From Balanoglossus misakiensis (Eukaryota > Animalia > Hemichordata): a stretch of DNA of 64,000 nt. Below are positions 50,284 to 62,099 of this stretch, in pieces. The DNA is taken from positions 9,072,461-9,136,460 of the forward strand of contig CM082596.2 in the NCBI GenBank assembly GCA_040954595.2, read 5' to 3'. Every line of letters begins with the position of its first letter. Within the stretch, counting starts at the first letter, position 1. Under the pieces are notes generated by a model. The model was not told the DNA's origin. It saw only the letters and a list, made by a program, of their open reading frames with translations, and made no database searches. A program made the position numbers and the translations under genes.

Positions 50284-51018
50284 TCACATCGGACCATTTC
50301 CTGAGCCGCTGCTGGTTCCCGCCAAAACTCCTTGTAGTACCCCAGTACTGTTAGAATGTCCCACGGAACGGCATTCATGTCTGAAATGTCCGGGCTTTCC
50401 ACAAGCAAAGCATAGACCGCTACGTACTCTCTTCACATCCCTATCTCTGAAGAACGGCCCTTGGGTACCAACGGCGGCGTTGTCTGTGTATTGCCCCTGT
50501 CGCTCGCGACCTCTGAACTTCTGTTTCTTTTGGCGCTGCTGTTTGGAACGACGGCCTGCTCTCAGCTCAGCTTTCCAAATACGCTTCTCATCGTCGCTGT
50601 CCTCAGCCAACTCATGCGAGCGATATTCCTGCGCTGTTGCCCATCCAAATTCTGAATTTTCCGCCAGCAGAATCAATTTTTGTCTCTGTCCTATCTCATT
50701 AATACCTTCGTCAATCTTCTTTAGTGCTCCTTCGTATCCTTTAGCTTCCAACTCCGTTTTGGTCTCCTCAATGATGTCCAACACCTTGTCGTTGTGCTTA
50801 TATTGGTCCGCATTAGCCTGCTTTTTGAAGGTCAGGGCTTCTTTGTGTTTCAGACGTTTGAACTCGCCCATGACCTCGCGCGCGGTTCCTTCTTGCGCGG
50901 TGCTGAGCTCGTTTTTCATAACTTGTAATTTCTGAGTGATAAGCTGATTAATAGAAGTCAGCAACTGCCCGTTGTTAGCCTGGATGGCTTCAGAAAAGGT
51001 TGAAGACTGGTCTTCCAT
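50284..51018 (-). CDS. DIRS Gag-like ORF1 with CCHC zinc knuckle
   Basis: RQKLILLAENSEFGWATAQEY...LAEDSDDEKRI and CFACGKPGHFRHEC. Confidence 0.85.
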   Translation of the reverse strand: MEDQSSTFSEAIQANNGQLLTSINQLITQKLQVMKNELSTAQEGTAREVMGEFKRLKHKEALTFKKQANADQYKHNDKVLDIIEETKTELEAKGYEGALKKIDEGINEIGQRQKLILLAENSEFGWATAQEYRSHELAEDSDDEKRIWKAELRAGRRSKQQRQKKQKFRGRERQGQYTDNAAVGTQGPFFRDRDVKRVRSGLCFACGKPGHFRHECRSVGHSNSTGVLQGVLAGTSSGSGNGPM

Positions 51019-52178
51019 GTTGATGGGAACCAAGATCGCCGAAATAAGTGACCGAACACGAAGCGCGAAATTTAGCCGTGTAGTCACCTTGCCAGCAACG
51101 TGTAGACTGACGTTCCGCTAGTGATAGCGCCCTCTATGGCAACAAAACATTACTTTCTTGTATCTACTACGTGCCTCAAGAAAGTACACTTTTCAACAGG
51201 TGGTTTTTTCATCGTTCGACTTCCTCGTGGAGCTTCGTTTCTTCATTTCTTTTGGTATCAGCCAGGTGGACGTGAGTGTGAGTTGCTTCTTTTTTAGCTT
51301 CTCATTTTTCTTTGTCGTTTTTAATTTTTTTATTTTCGCTTCAGTATGGTGCGTAAAGACCGCACCTTGTTGTTTCGGGAGGATGTGAGTGGGGCGGGTA
51401 GGATTTTTGAGTTATTGCGTGAGGCGGGTGTGTGTGCAGAGACCCATCTGGAGGCGGTCCAAAGATTGCCGGGTCGATGTGTAGACGTTACGTTCAGGAC
51501 ATTGTCTTTTAAACGTCAGTTTGAAGACGTCTTGAGGGGTGCGAAAGAGTTCGAAACTCAGACTTATAGTTCTGATGTTGTTACGCTGACTGCTTTGTAT
51601 ATTGATAATGAGCTGGACGACAACTTTGTCCAGCGGATTTTGTCTGGGTACGGGACGGTCCTGGCAGCCAGGAAGTGTGTTTTCAGGGAGGAGCCTTCGG
51701 TGTACAATGGTACGAGGCAGTATCGTGTGCGGTTGACAAAAAAACATCCCTTCGACGATCAGGATTGGTTCGCGCAATGTGTGGCTGTCCTATCCTGGAC
51801 AGCCACGTACCTGTGTTAGATGTGGCCAGGTGGGGCACCTGGCCAAGGAATGTAGTAACATCAGATGCTTTCGGTTGTAGTGTCGTAACTACTCTGTTGA
51901 CTATGACAACAAACAGTCAATGTCAATGACTCTACATGAAAGCCATTCACATTCCATCTGTGATAACAGCACATCCTGTTATACCATTATCTAAGGCAAT
52001 AAAACCTCACTTTTAGTTTAGACACCGATGAATCAACAGTGTCTGTCTCTGTGTATGCACACACACAGTACGTACGCATAGTACATTACATTGGCGACGA
52101 GGATTCGGAGGATTCAGCCCGGGGAGATTGGTGATTAGAAGAGTGTATCTAACATCGGATTTCCACATCCCGTGCGCC

Positions 52179-55100
52179 ATGGCAGCGGCTCCACTTCCAT
52201 ACCAAACTTTTGAGGTACATGAAGATCCAACGACTTGCTCGCAAAGATGGGACGAGTGGTTGGACGGCTTCAACATACTAATGGATGGGTTTGGTATTAT
52301 GGACACTAAAAGAAAGCGTAACCTACTCCTACATTTTGCCGAACCAGAGGTAAAACTTCTAGTAAAGTCAATGCCCGAAGAAGAGAAAGGCGGCGATACT
52401 AACTTTACACAACTAACGGATGCCCTGACTGCCAGATATTCGAAAAGTCGCACAAAGCTATACAACAAGCACATTTTTCGACAAGAAAAACAAGAAGCAG
52501 GAGAAACAGTCGACAGATTCCATGCCCGACTGCGAATACTGATCGACAAATGTGACTATCCGAATCCGGAAGACGAACTGCTTGTGCAAATAGTTGAACA
52601 CTGCACATCTAAACGACTGAGACGCCGTGCTCTCAGAGAAGACATGAAGCTAAAGGACGTACTGGATTTTGCTCGATCGCTCGAAGTGTCGGAATCCCAA
52701 GCAGCGGATATGGAACACAACACTGGCGTATCGGTAAACAAAGTCCGAAACAAGTACTCGACAAAAGGAAAGTTCGACAAGCATCGAGGAAGCAAGACTC
52801 CAAGAAAGAAAGACAGCGCTAAATCGACATGCCATTTCTGCGGTGGAACATACCCACACGAAGGTACGTGTCCTGCTAAAGACAAGAAATGTAAGTCATG
52901 CGGAAAGTTAAATTTTGCCGTTCGAAAGGAAAAGAATCTACAGCACGAGGTCAACGATCTGTGAAACGACTCGAAGCAGACGCAGAAATTGACTCGATCG
53001 CTACCGATTCAGATTTAGATTCAGACTCGCACTACGTATACAGTCTACGGGATGACGCGATTCGCATCAACACTGTCAAGCTCCCTACAGCAAGCATCGG
53101 AGTACAAGGTAAGAAGATGAATTTTATGATCGATACTGGAGCTGCAATAAACGTAATCGAAGAAAGCGATTTCAAGAAAATCAAAAGCAGAGTCAAGTTG
53201 GAACGTAGCACTGTCAAAGTCTATCCATACAAGAGCGCAGATCCACTGAAAATGCTCGGAACATTTCATGCTGACGTAGAATATGAATCCAATTCGTCTA
53301 AAAGAAGCAAGATCAGAACTGAATTTCACGTTGTTAAACATAACGGTGAAGTCGGCGGATCACTTCTGAGTTTCCGAACAGCCGAAGAGCTAGGACTGAT
53401 CCACATAATCAGACAAGTCGAAGGACATAAAACGGATAAACCAAACAAAGCGATAAGGGCCTGGTCAGAATTAACAGGGGGGGGAAGGCTAGTGCGATTT
53501 GAAATCTGAATGCATGAAAAATACTGACCCTCCACTGATTTCTGGCACAAAAAATGCTGACCCTCCCCCTTCTCCATGAACAAAATCAAGTGACCCTTCC
53601 CACAGTACGTGAAATATCCCATGATTCATTCTTATTTGTACAATCATAGATTACTCAGTCAAACCAGGCAAAGTTCGCATGTGAAGAGAAAATTGTAGAC
53701 CACTAAACAGCGCTCCTATGAACATAATTTGAAACTGGTGTATTCCCTCAACAGTGGGTATTCTGTGTTGGCAGACATTGTAAACCGAAAATTGAAGGGG
53801 GTGGGTTTGAATTATGAAGGGTTCAAAACTGCATTTTTGTGGACTCAAAATAAATATTTAGTCCTCAAAGTTTTCAAGCCCCAAAAACTGTCTTGAAACA
53901 TTTTCGGTGTCATCCTTGCACAAAAATTAGTGACCCTCCCCCTGACTCGTGCCCAAAATGCAGCGGCCCTCCCCCAAACTGTTGCATGAAAAATGGTGAC
54001 TCTCCCCCCAATCGCACCAGCCTCCCCCTGTTAATTCTGACCAGGTCCTAAAACGTGAACGTCACATCACACCTACGATGGATGACATTATGCTCGATCT
54101 GAATAGCGCATCAGTTTTCTCAAAACTGGATCTAAATCAAGGTTATCATCACACTATCAAGAACCGACTAATGAGTGACACAATCATGGCATACTTCGAT
54201 CCGAAGAAGGAAACCGAAATAGTGGTAGATGCTAGCCCAGTAGGTTTAGCAGCCATGTTAACCCAGAAAAGCAAAGGTGACGACGCACCACGAGTTCTTT
54301 ACTATGGAAGCAGATCACTCACACCAGTCGAACAACGATATTCTCAAGCAGGGAGAGAAGCCCTTGCCGTTGTATGGGCATGCGAACGATTTCACTTGTA
54401 TGTATATGGTCAGAAATTCACCATTGTGACAGACCACAAGCCGTTGGTCCACATATACAACAATCCAAGTTCGAAACCACCTGCCAGAATCGAACGTTGG
54501 GCACTGAAGCTACAAGACTACGACGTTACAGTTGTATACAAGCCAGGAAAAGACAACCCTGCTGACTATATCTGATAAACATTCGAAACCAAGTAGCCGA
54601 CAACAGAAAGTTGCCGAAGAATATATAAACTTCGTTGCTACGCACTCAACACCGAAAGCCTTGACACTGGAAGAAATACAGGCCGCAACAAAAGCTGATC
54701 CAACACTACAAGCAGTAGCTGCAGCGATCAGAGAAGGAAAGTGGTACGCGATTACCAATTCCAACGATAAAAACATCGACCAGAAAGCAGTGCAGATCCT
54801 GCAGAAAACTCAAGACATGCTGACCGTAACGCCGACCAATGACCTACTTCTGCGTGGAACACAAATCGTGATTCCAAAATCTCTGCAAAATAGAGCAGTA
54901 GATCTCGCCCATGAAGGACATCAAGGAGTCGTCAAGATCAGAGAAAAGATATGGTTTCCGAACATCGACAAGCTGGTAGAAGAAAAAGTGAAAAACTGCC
55001 TGCCATGACAAGCTGCAACACACAGCACCAGCCGAGAACCACTACAAATGACGAAAACGCCTGACAATGCCTGGGAAGAATTGACCATCGATTTCTGCGG

Positions 55101-56010
55101 ACCGTTTCCATCAGGTGACTATCTTCTCGTCATTATTGACCACTACTCAAGATATCCAGTCGTTGAAATAATCAAGTCAACTTCAGCAAAGGCAGTAATA
55201 CCCAAGCTCGACAAAGTGTTTTCAGAGTATGGCATACCCAAAAGTCTAACATCGGACAATGGACCGCCATTTAACAGCCATGAATTCAAGCAATTTGCCA
55301 ACTACCTTGGATTCAAGCATCGCAAAATCACACCACATTAGCCAGAAGCGAACGGAGAAGCAGAACGCTTCATGCGGACCATCGAGAAAGCCATACGCAC
55401 CGCTCAAGTAGAGAACAAGTCATGGAAACAAGAACTTTACACGTTTCTGAGAAATTATCGCTCTACGCCACATAGCACAACCGGCCTACCACCAGCAGCA
55501 GAAATGTTTCAACGACCAATGAACATCAAGTTGCCAAGCTACAGCCTGCCAAAACCTAACGAGAAACTGCGACAGAAAGACAAGGAAGCCAAAGAAAAGA
55601 TGAAGAAATACGCAGACAAACGCCGAAACACGAAATCATCCAACATCGAACAAGGCGATACTGTTTTAATCAAGAACACTGAGAAAGGAAAATTGAAAAC
55701 ACCGTACAAAGCACAGCCGTACGAAGTTGTTGAAAAGAAAGGCAGTATGATCACAGCAAAGAGAGGCTCACACACCATCACCAGGAATTCATCTCACATC
55801 AAGAAAGTTCCAAAGAGAGAGATAAAACATCAAGAAATCGAAGAAAGAAATGATGAAGAGGAAGAAATAAATGCACCGCCATTGAAATTGAATGAAGATG
55901 CAGGAAACATGCAGATGCCAACTTCAAGCCACACCCAGGATGAGGAGAAGAAATATCCAACACGTGAGAGACGTGCACCGAAATACTTAGAGGATTACGT
56001 AACCACTTAG
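52179..56010 (+). pseudogene. Gag-Pol remnant with frameshifts, stops and RT-core deletion
   Basis: Gag, protease IDTGAAIN, RT start NKAI|KRERHITPTMDD...LDLNQGYHH jumping directly to RNase H (VDASPVG), and integrase IDFCGP / SDNGPPF. Stops at ~54574, 55006 and 55339. Confidence 0.9.
53457..54048. mobile_element. PIF/Harbinger-type MITE inserted in Gypsy pol
   Basis: TIRs gggcctggtcagaattaacagggg / cccctgttaattctgaccaggtcc with a TAA TSD. Removing it restores PNKAIKRERH. Confidence 0.9.
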
Positions 56011-58727
56011 AAAAGTTAGCAAATACACTAGTCCTGTTGAGGAGCAGAATAATCTCCTGACTAGATGTATTCAGAGACCGGACAGTCTACCCGATCTCTT
56101 AAGTAGATAGAATATTTCCAGCTTGCATGCAATGAGTAGATATAGAATGATTTTCGTTTTATTTTATTTCAAACTTTTACTCTATACGGAATATCAGGAC
56201 TCAATCATCTTACAACTTCAACTTGGACAGCTGTTTGTACCACTGCTTTGGACTACAGAATAATCAGAGACTCAATGTTTATTTTATACAAACTTGAGAA
56301 CGCTTATTCCAAAATTAATTAAAGGAGGGATGTAGTGTCGTAACTACTCTGTTGGCTATGACAACAAACAGTCAATGTCAATGACTCTACATGAAAGCCA
56401 TTCACATTCAATCTGTGATAACAGCACATCCTGTTATACCATTATCTAAGGCAATAAAACCTCACTTTTAGTTTAGACACCGATGAATCAACAGTGTCTG
56501 TCTCTGTGTATGCACACACACAATACGTACGCGTAGTACATTACACCGGTGTGGTCAGTTGGGCCACCATGTGAATAAATGTACCTGCCACCATGTGAAT
56601 AAATGTACCTTTGATGTGAAGTGCTCCGTTTGTGGGGGGGGGGGGCATGTGTTCAGAAACTGCACTCTTTCATTTGCCAATAGAGTGTCCCTGACGAAGT
56701 CTTGGCTACCGACGTCGGAAGCCGCTCTGTCCCCTAGCGTGGACGTGGTAAATAAAATAGTTGATGATATTGTGGCGGTGGCGGTCAATACGGCTCTGGG
56801 GCAGTCGTCTGCAGAGCACGTTTGTGAAGATTCTGTCCCAGGTGCTGAGGATGGTGAGTGTTCTGTTTTTTTCAGATGAAATTACGCCTGGTCAGGGTGA
56901 CCAGGTACAGGCTTCAGGCAGTGTACAAAGTGTTGCAATGGAGGTCGAGGAAAGGCAGCAACAGAATTCGGATTTTTTTAGTCCAAGGTCATCCTTTTCA
57001 TCTTCTTCGGAAATGATTTCCACTTTTTTCTGCTAAGCGTCCAGCGTCGTCCGATGAATCTGAGGAGGATTCCAAGCGAGTTGCTGTTTCTGTTGATAGT
57101 GAAGCCGACTCTGATTGTTCAGTGACCTCACATGCGTCTGTTTCTGTTTCGGTACAGTCAGCCGAGTCCGTTTCCTCCCAGTCTACAGTTAAATTACGTC
57201 AAAAGGCGTTAGATTCTGTTCGTTTTTCATCCATAATGGATTTGTCCACTGTGTACTCTTCATGTAATACGTTCTCGGGTGATTGTGCGTCCTGCTTTCA
57301 TGGCTGGGAAGCCATGAAAAATCATTGTAAAGATATGCACGGCATCGACCCACTTTTAGTTCAGTGTCCAATAAAAAATTGTAAGAATCTTTCCTTTTCG
57401 GATCCAGTCAAATGGCTGGAACACTTAGTTTCTGTTCACCCTGTTTTTGTTTTGTCTAAGGACTTGTCCTTTTTTGGTTTTTACTTTTTAATGCTTAAAT
57501 ATCAGTTCCGTGTTTTTGAGTTTTTGCGTCGGCTTAGAGTTGATCTCAGTATCGTTATTTTGCGGGTCAGCGGGTCAAGGTGCGGGTCAAAGTGCGGGCC
57601 AATTTGCGGGTCGCCCCAAAAACGAATGAGACTTCTGTGCAATTGTTTCTTGGAATAAAATGAACCCAAAGTATAATCCCAGTTCCTCTAAGACCATAAT
57701 AACTTTCGTGAATACCTCGAAAAATACAACATCTTTCAATATTACCAAGGATGCTGGCTGCAGTGCGGGTTGTGTATTGCACAACCAGTGACGTCATGCT
57801 TTCCCGCCATCCGGTCAAGATGTCCGCCGACATTAGGTACGTACCGAGCGATCTTATTCTTTAGAATCGTTATTCATATGCAAAGTATAATGATTTGTAT
57901 TGTAAAAGATCGTCGTGATTGCATCTATGACTCGAGCTGCGTGTCACGCACTCAACCTAACCCCATGCAATATGTTTTACGCTAAACTTGCTCAAGTCTA
58001 TGGCCTTCATATGCATTATGTGTAGGGAACGCTACCCGAAACCACAAGCTCAGTCCCAAATTCGAAACTCACCTCATTACCAAAAACACGCTCAATGTCA
58101 AGGCAAGCATGCACGCACGCAAAAAGTATTGCAATTATTTTTTTAGACAAAAAAAACCCACCGAAAACACAAAAAGTATTGAGATTTAAAAATCACCAAG
58201 CGACTAGTGGGCTAGTCTAGTTTTACGCGTACAAAGCCTAGTTGATTTTTTCATCACATTTTGATGACATATGAAGAGGATTTGATCTTCATAATGTGTT
58301 ATCCTTCGAGGTCTTAAAAGCAGTCTGATATTATTTGTGGGACCATAGTGGAAATAAGTTCTTAACCTTTCTGTGTTATCCCTGCACTTTGGACATTTTT
58401 GTTTTTGTTTGTTGTAGTGTACATTTTAAAGTGAAAAAATACATAAAATCAAATTAACTTGTCAAGCAAGTACTTGCAAAACTTGAATTGAACAATCAGC
58501 AGATTGTGAAAATTGACAATCTTTGCTTGTTTAGAAAATTTTTGTACTAATAGTGATGTTCTTACCACTTTATTTCAGTGATGTCATTCTGATAGGCTTT
58601 ATGAGACATAATAAACCATGGAAGACATCATATTTTCAAAGAAGATCTCGTGTTAAGTCCCTATTTGACTTCCTGGAGCTAGATTGTTTCTTAGAAACAA
58701 AAACTTTATCCCTTGCAAGTGGACAAG

Positions 58728-59185
58728 TAGTCTCGGTTACCCAGACGCCTTTGCTTCTTCCGATGCTCTCCAGAAAAGGGTCTGGGGAAATGCTATTGAA
58801 AGCTTTGTAAAACAAAATGGCCGATATCAGGATTTTGATCATCGCCTGATTGGCTGAGCTGTCAGTATGACCCGGGTCACTGCAATAGTTTCGACAATCG
58901 TCTACCAAAGATATTTCATATAATTTCTCCAACAATGCTAACAGAAGACGCCTTTTGCCTTTCGCATCAACCAACAAGTACCGGTCTCTTGATATGAAGA
59001 TACGACAAATAATCACACATTGTCGAGAGTCAGTGACCCGGGTCATACTGACAGCTCAGCCAATCAGGCGATGATCAAAATCCTGACATCGGCCATTTAG
59101 TTTTACAAAGCTTTCAATAGCATTTCCCCAGACCCTTTTCTGGAGAGCATCGGAAGAAGCAAAGGCGTCTGGGTAACCGAGACTA
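58728..59185. mobile_element. Foldback MITE with ~155-bp TIRs and 9-bp TSD (Academ/AcademH-like termini)
   Basis: Arms at 58728-58882 and 59031-59185 (tagtctcggttacccagac...). gtggacaag is duplicated on both flanks. Confidence 0.85.
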
Positions 59186-59676
59186 GTGGACAAGCAGAAA
59201 AATCATTAAAGGAAGTTTTTGGATCAGTGGAGTATGTTAATCTACAAGTTGTCACAGAAACAGACTGTACCATGGTTACAGGTATTGGATGACATTTTTG
59301 TCCTTATAATTATATACACATGTACTAGTATATCACATCCAATTATGTTTGTACAACACCTCTGTGTTCCTTAAATATGAATGTAAGGAGTCTATCAGGT
59401 CTGCATGGTAATAGTTAGCATGTAAAATGGAAATATAAGACACAATTTGTGTTTTTTTAGTTGATAGGCATGCCTATTTTCTCAAAACATTCATTGATTG
59501 CATTATAATTATTTGTTTATGTTTCTTTGTCTTTTGGAAAATGAGCAAAAGTGATTATATAGACTCTATAGTGTCTTCACTATAGAGTAATGGTTTAACA
59601 GTTACTTTTGATGTTATGATGATAATGCATGTTGTTCTCATTTTTCTTCTGATGTTTTTCATAGCTTGTGCATTTC

Positions 59677-60147
59677 ATTTAACATGTTTGTTTGTTATAT
59701 GATTACCAGATGGTGAAAATTGCAATGCCAGTTCAAGAAGTGATGGTGCCCATGCTGCTATCAATACTTCTTCTAGTACTACTGCTAGAACTGATGTGGA
59801 GATGGAAACTGGAGATACTGCAAGCATTGTCAGTTGCAAGAGGAAAATCAGTTTTATTGAACAAGCAGAGGCAAAGCAAAAGAAGCCAAGTAAGTAGGGG
59901 TTTATTATTACAATTGCATTTCTACTTTTCATGCTACTTATTTTTTTCCTGGGGTTTTTCACAGTTTGTGCATTTTGTTTAACACATTTGTTTATTATAT
60001 GATTACCAGATGGTGAAAATTGCAATGCCAGTTCAAGAAGTGATGGTGCCCATGCTGCTATCAATACTACTTCTAGTACTACTTCTAGAACTGATGTGGA
60101 GATGGAAACTGGAGATACTGCAAGCATTGTCAGTTGCAAGAGGAAAA
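59677..60147. repeat. Local direct duplication (300-bp period, ~170-bp shared block)
   Basis: gattaccagatggtgaaaattgcaatgcc...gcaagaggaaaa occurs at 59701 and 60001. The following segment (59847) is re-used at 61352. Confidence 0.85.
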
Positions 60148-60404
60148 ATAGCGTCAAGGACACTGTGGTCCCATTTGAGGATTATGCTGAAACAGTGAGA
60201 CACCAGAATAAAAATTACAGGTGACATTGCAAGCGGATAAGTTCTTACGATATAGAAATAAAGAATGTAAAAAAAATAACAAGGAACATGCCCAATAAAC
60301 TGTCATGTGTCATGGCAGTCTTACAAGTGGTGCTAGAAAAAAAAAGCGTCAAGGACACTGTGGTCCCATTTGAGGACATAGCACATAGCAAGATAGCAAT
60401 AAGC

Positions 60405-61350
60405 ATATCTGCTCTGGATGCCAAGATATGGAAAAGTAGGTCAAAGGTCACCTGAGGTCATGCAAAATTTGGGCATAAAATTTTGACCCTATACTGGTCC
60501 ATGTTCAACATAGCCCTTTTGGTTAGCCTGGAATTAGGTATGCACATAATTAATGAGATATGCAGGTGTCACAGGTGACCCCCAATTTTGGCTTTTCAAT
60601 TTTAGTCCCAACCCTCCAAACGCGAAGTCTGTACCTGCTCTGGATGCCAAGATATGATAAAGTAGGTCAAAGGTCACCTGAGGTCATGCAAAATTTGGGC
60701 AAGAAATTTTGACCCTATACTGGTCCATGTTCAACAAAAACCAAACCTATACAATGTAGCCCTATTAGTTAGCCCGGAATTAGGTATGCACATAATTAAT
60801 GTGTTAAGCAGGTGTTACAGGTGAGCCCAAAAATTTGCCTTTTATTTTGGCCCCATTGTGCTCACTGACCAATAGACAGTCACTGTACAGGACTATTGCA
60901 CAGACCAGAACTCCACAATAAGACGTGGACATAGCTTAACCATAGAGGTATAAGTAAAGGTATAAATTTAATAAAAAGACTAAAAAATTCATAAAAAATA
61001 AAACATCCATGATATTAACTTAACACTTACAGGTCGATGTGAGGTTGACATAAGGTACATGCATACCAATTTTTAAAGCAATCTGACCAGTAGTTGTTGA
61101 CGTTCAGAGTTTTGATAAATTTCACATTTTACTGGCTAATTTGCATATTTTTGGGCCTGGCAACTTCGTTTGGACAAACTCCCATCTACAGCCCTGCCTG
61201 CATCTGCACACCAAATATCAAGGTGATACGCGCAGCGGTTTTCAAGTTTTTGATGTGGACGGACATACAGACATACATACATACATCCATACAGACGCAA
61301 CCCATCCCATAAGGTCCCATGGTATATAGGCCTATACCAATGGGACCTAA
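60405..61350. mobile_element. HINE-like remnants (core repeats related to the 13-17 kb family, plus a second family with (CATA)n and a terminal hairpin)
   Basis: gtaggtcaaaggtcacctgaggtca cores at 60436 and 60662; gacatacatacatacatcc microsatellite; hairpin aggtcccat...atgggacct at 61312-61348. Confidence 0.6.
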
Positions 61351-62099
61351 AAACAGTTTTATTGAACAAGCAGAGGCAAAGCAAAAGAAGCCAAGTTAGT
61401 AGAAATTATTATTGGACTTGCATTTCTTTCAGACAACTGAATTACAGTAATACAGTTCAGTAACGCTAAATTAGACATTTCTAGTGCCCCTAGTCTTTCG
61501 CTTGGGACATTTTCGTAAATTTTGATGGTTTTCTTGAGTTCGTTGGGAAGCCTCACCCGTGAATTTTTGGCTTTCCCCTCGCCCTCACCCATAAACAAAT
61601 GTTAATGGTCAGGGCATTGTCCATTATTTCTATGGTAAATATAAACACAGGAATAACCGCCAATCTACACATGGGATTTAATAAGATTGCATGCAATGTA
61701 AATGTCACTATTTATATAGAGTGGTCATAATGTCTGTTTCTGTTAACACTAGCTGTTCTTCTTTTCATGCCCACATGTACAGACTCAAAGAGAAGATGGT
61801 TCAGACGCCCTCGAGTGATTTACTCAGATTCTGATGATGAGATAACCCATGCATCAGTCATGTCAGGAGACATAATTGATCTTACTGATTCCCCTGTAAA
61901 GAAAGGTGGACAGGTGTGATTGATTTAACTTCTTCACCTGAAACAAGAAACAAAACTTTTTCACCTGAAACAAGAGACAAACAAACTGTGAACAAAGACC
62001 ATATCTTGGATGAGATGTATGCCCCTTTACCTGAAAGTTCTGATAGTTCTTCTGAGCATAGTGGAATTTAAAATACTCCTATAAGAGGTAGAAATATTC

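Larger units (their letters stand above)
46357..51189 (-). mobile_element. DIRS-order tyrosine-recombinase retrotransposon with split direct repeats (PAT-like)
   Basis: Repeat A at 51068-51189 and 46694-46816; repeat B at 46817-46918 and 46357-46458. In element sense the order is A1-ORFs-B1A2-spacer-B2. ORFs are gag, RT/RNaseH/MTase and YR. Confidence 0.92.
51876..56545 (+). mobile_element. Gypsy (Mag-like) LTR retrotransposon, internally deleted and decayed
   Basis: 215-bp LTRs at 51876-52090 and 56331-56545 (4 differences seen). TSD tcggt/ccggt. PBS tggcgacgaggat (tRNA-Ser(GCU)-like) and PPT aaaggaggga. Confidence 0.94.
51346..57490 (+). pseudogene. Tx1-type ORF1 (ZCCHC3-like, triple CCHC knuckle), interrupted by Gypsy
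   Basis: DVTF...YGTV...NGTRQYRV, then after a frameshift YPGQPRTCVRCGQVGHLAKEC and CFR|CGQLGHHVNKC (split at 51875/56551), CSVCGGGGHVFRNC, a Ser-rich linker and two C2H2-like motifs near 57260-57440. Confidence 0.8.
46317..57544 (+). mobile_element. Tx1/L1-clade non-LTR retrotransposon (Keno-like) joined to U2; split by DIRS and Gypsy, 3'-truncated
   Basis: The putative 5'UTR is 46317-46356 plus 51190-51345. ORF1 starts at 51346. A short ORF2-start-like remnant (VFEFLRRLRVD) sits at ~57491-57544, after which the sequence is unrelated. Confidence 0.65.

Noticed and set aside
50207-50935. 242-aa plus-strand ORF and similar antisense ORFs over Gypsy, DIRS and ISL2EU genes
   Set aside because: These are shadow frames opposite genuine coding sequences.
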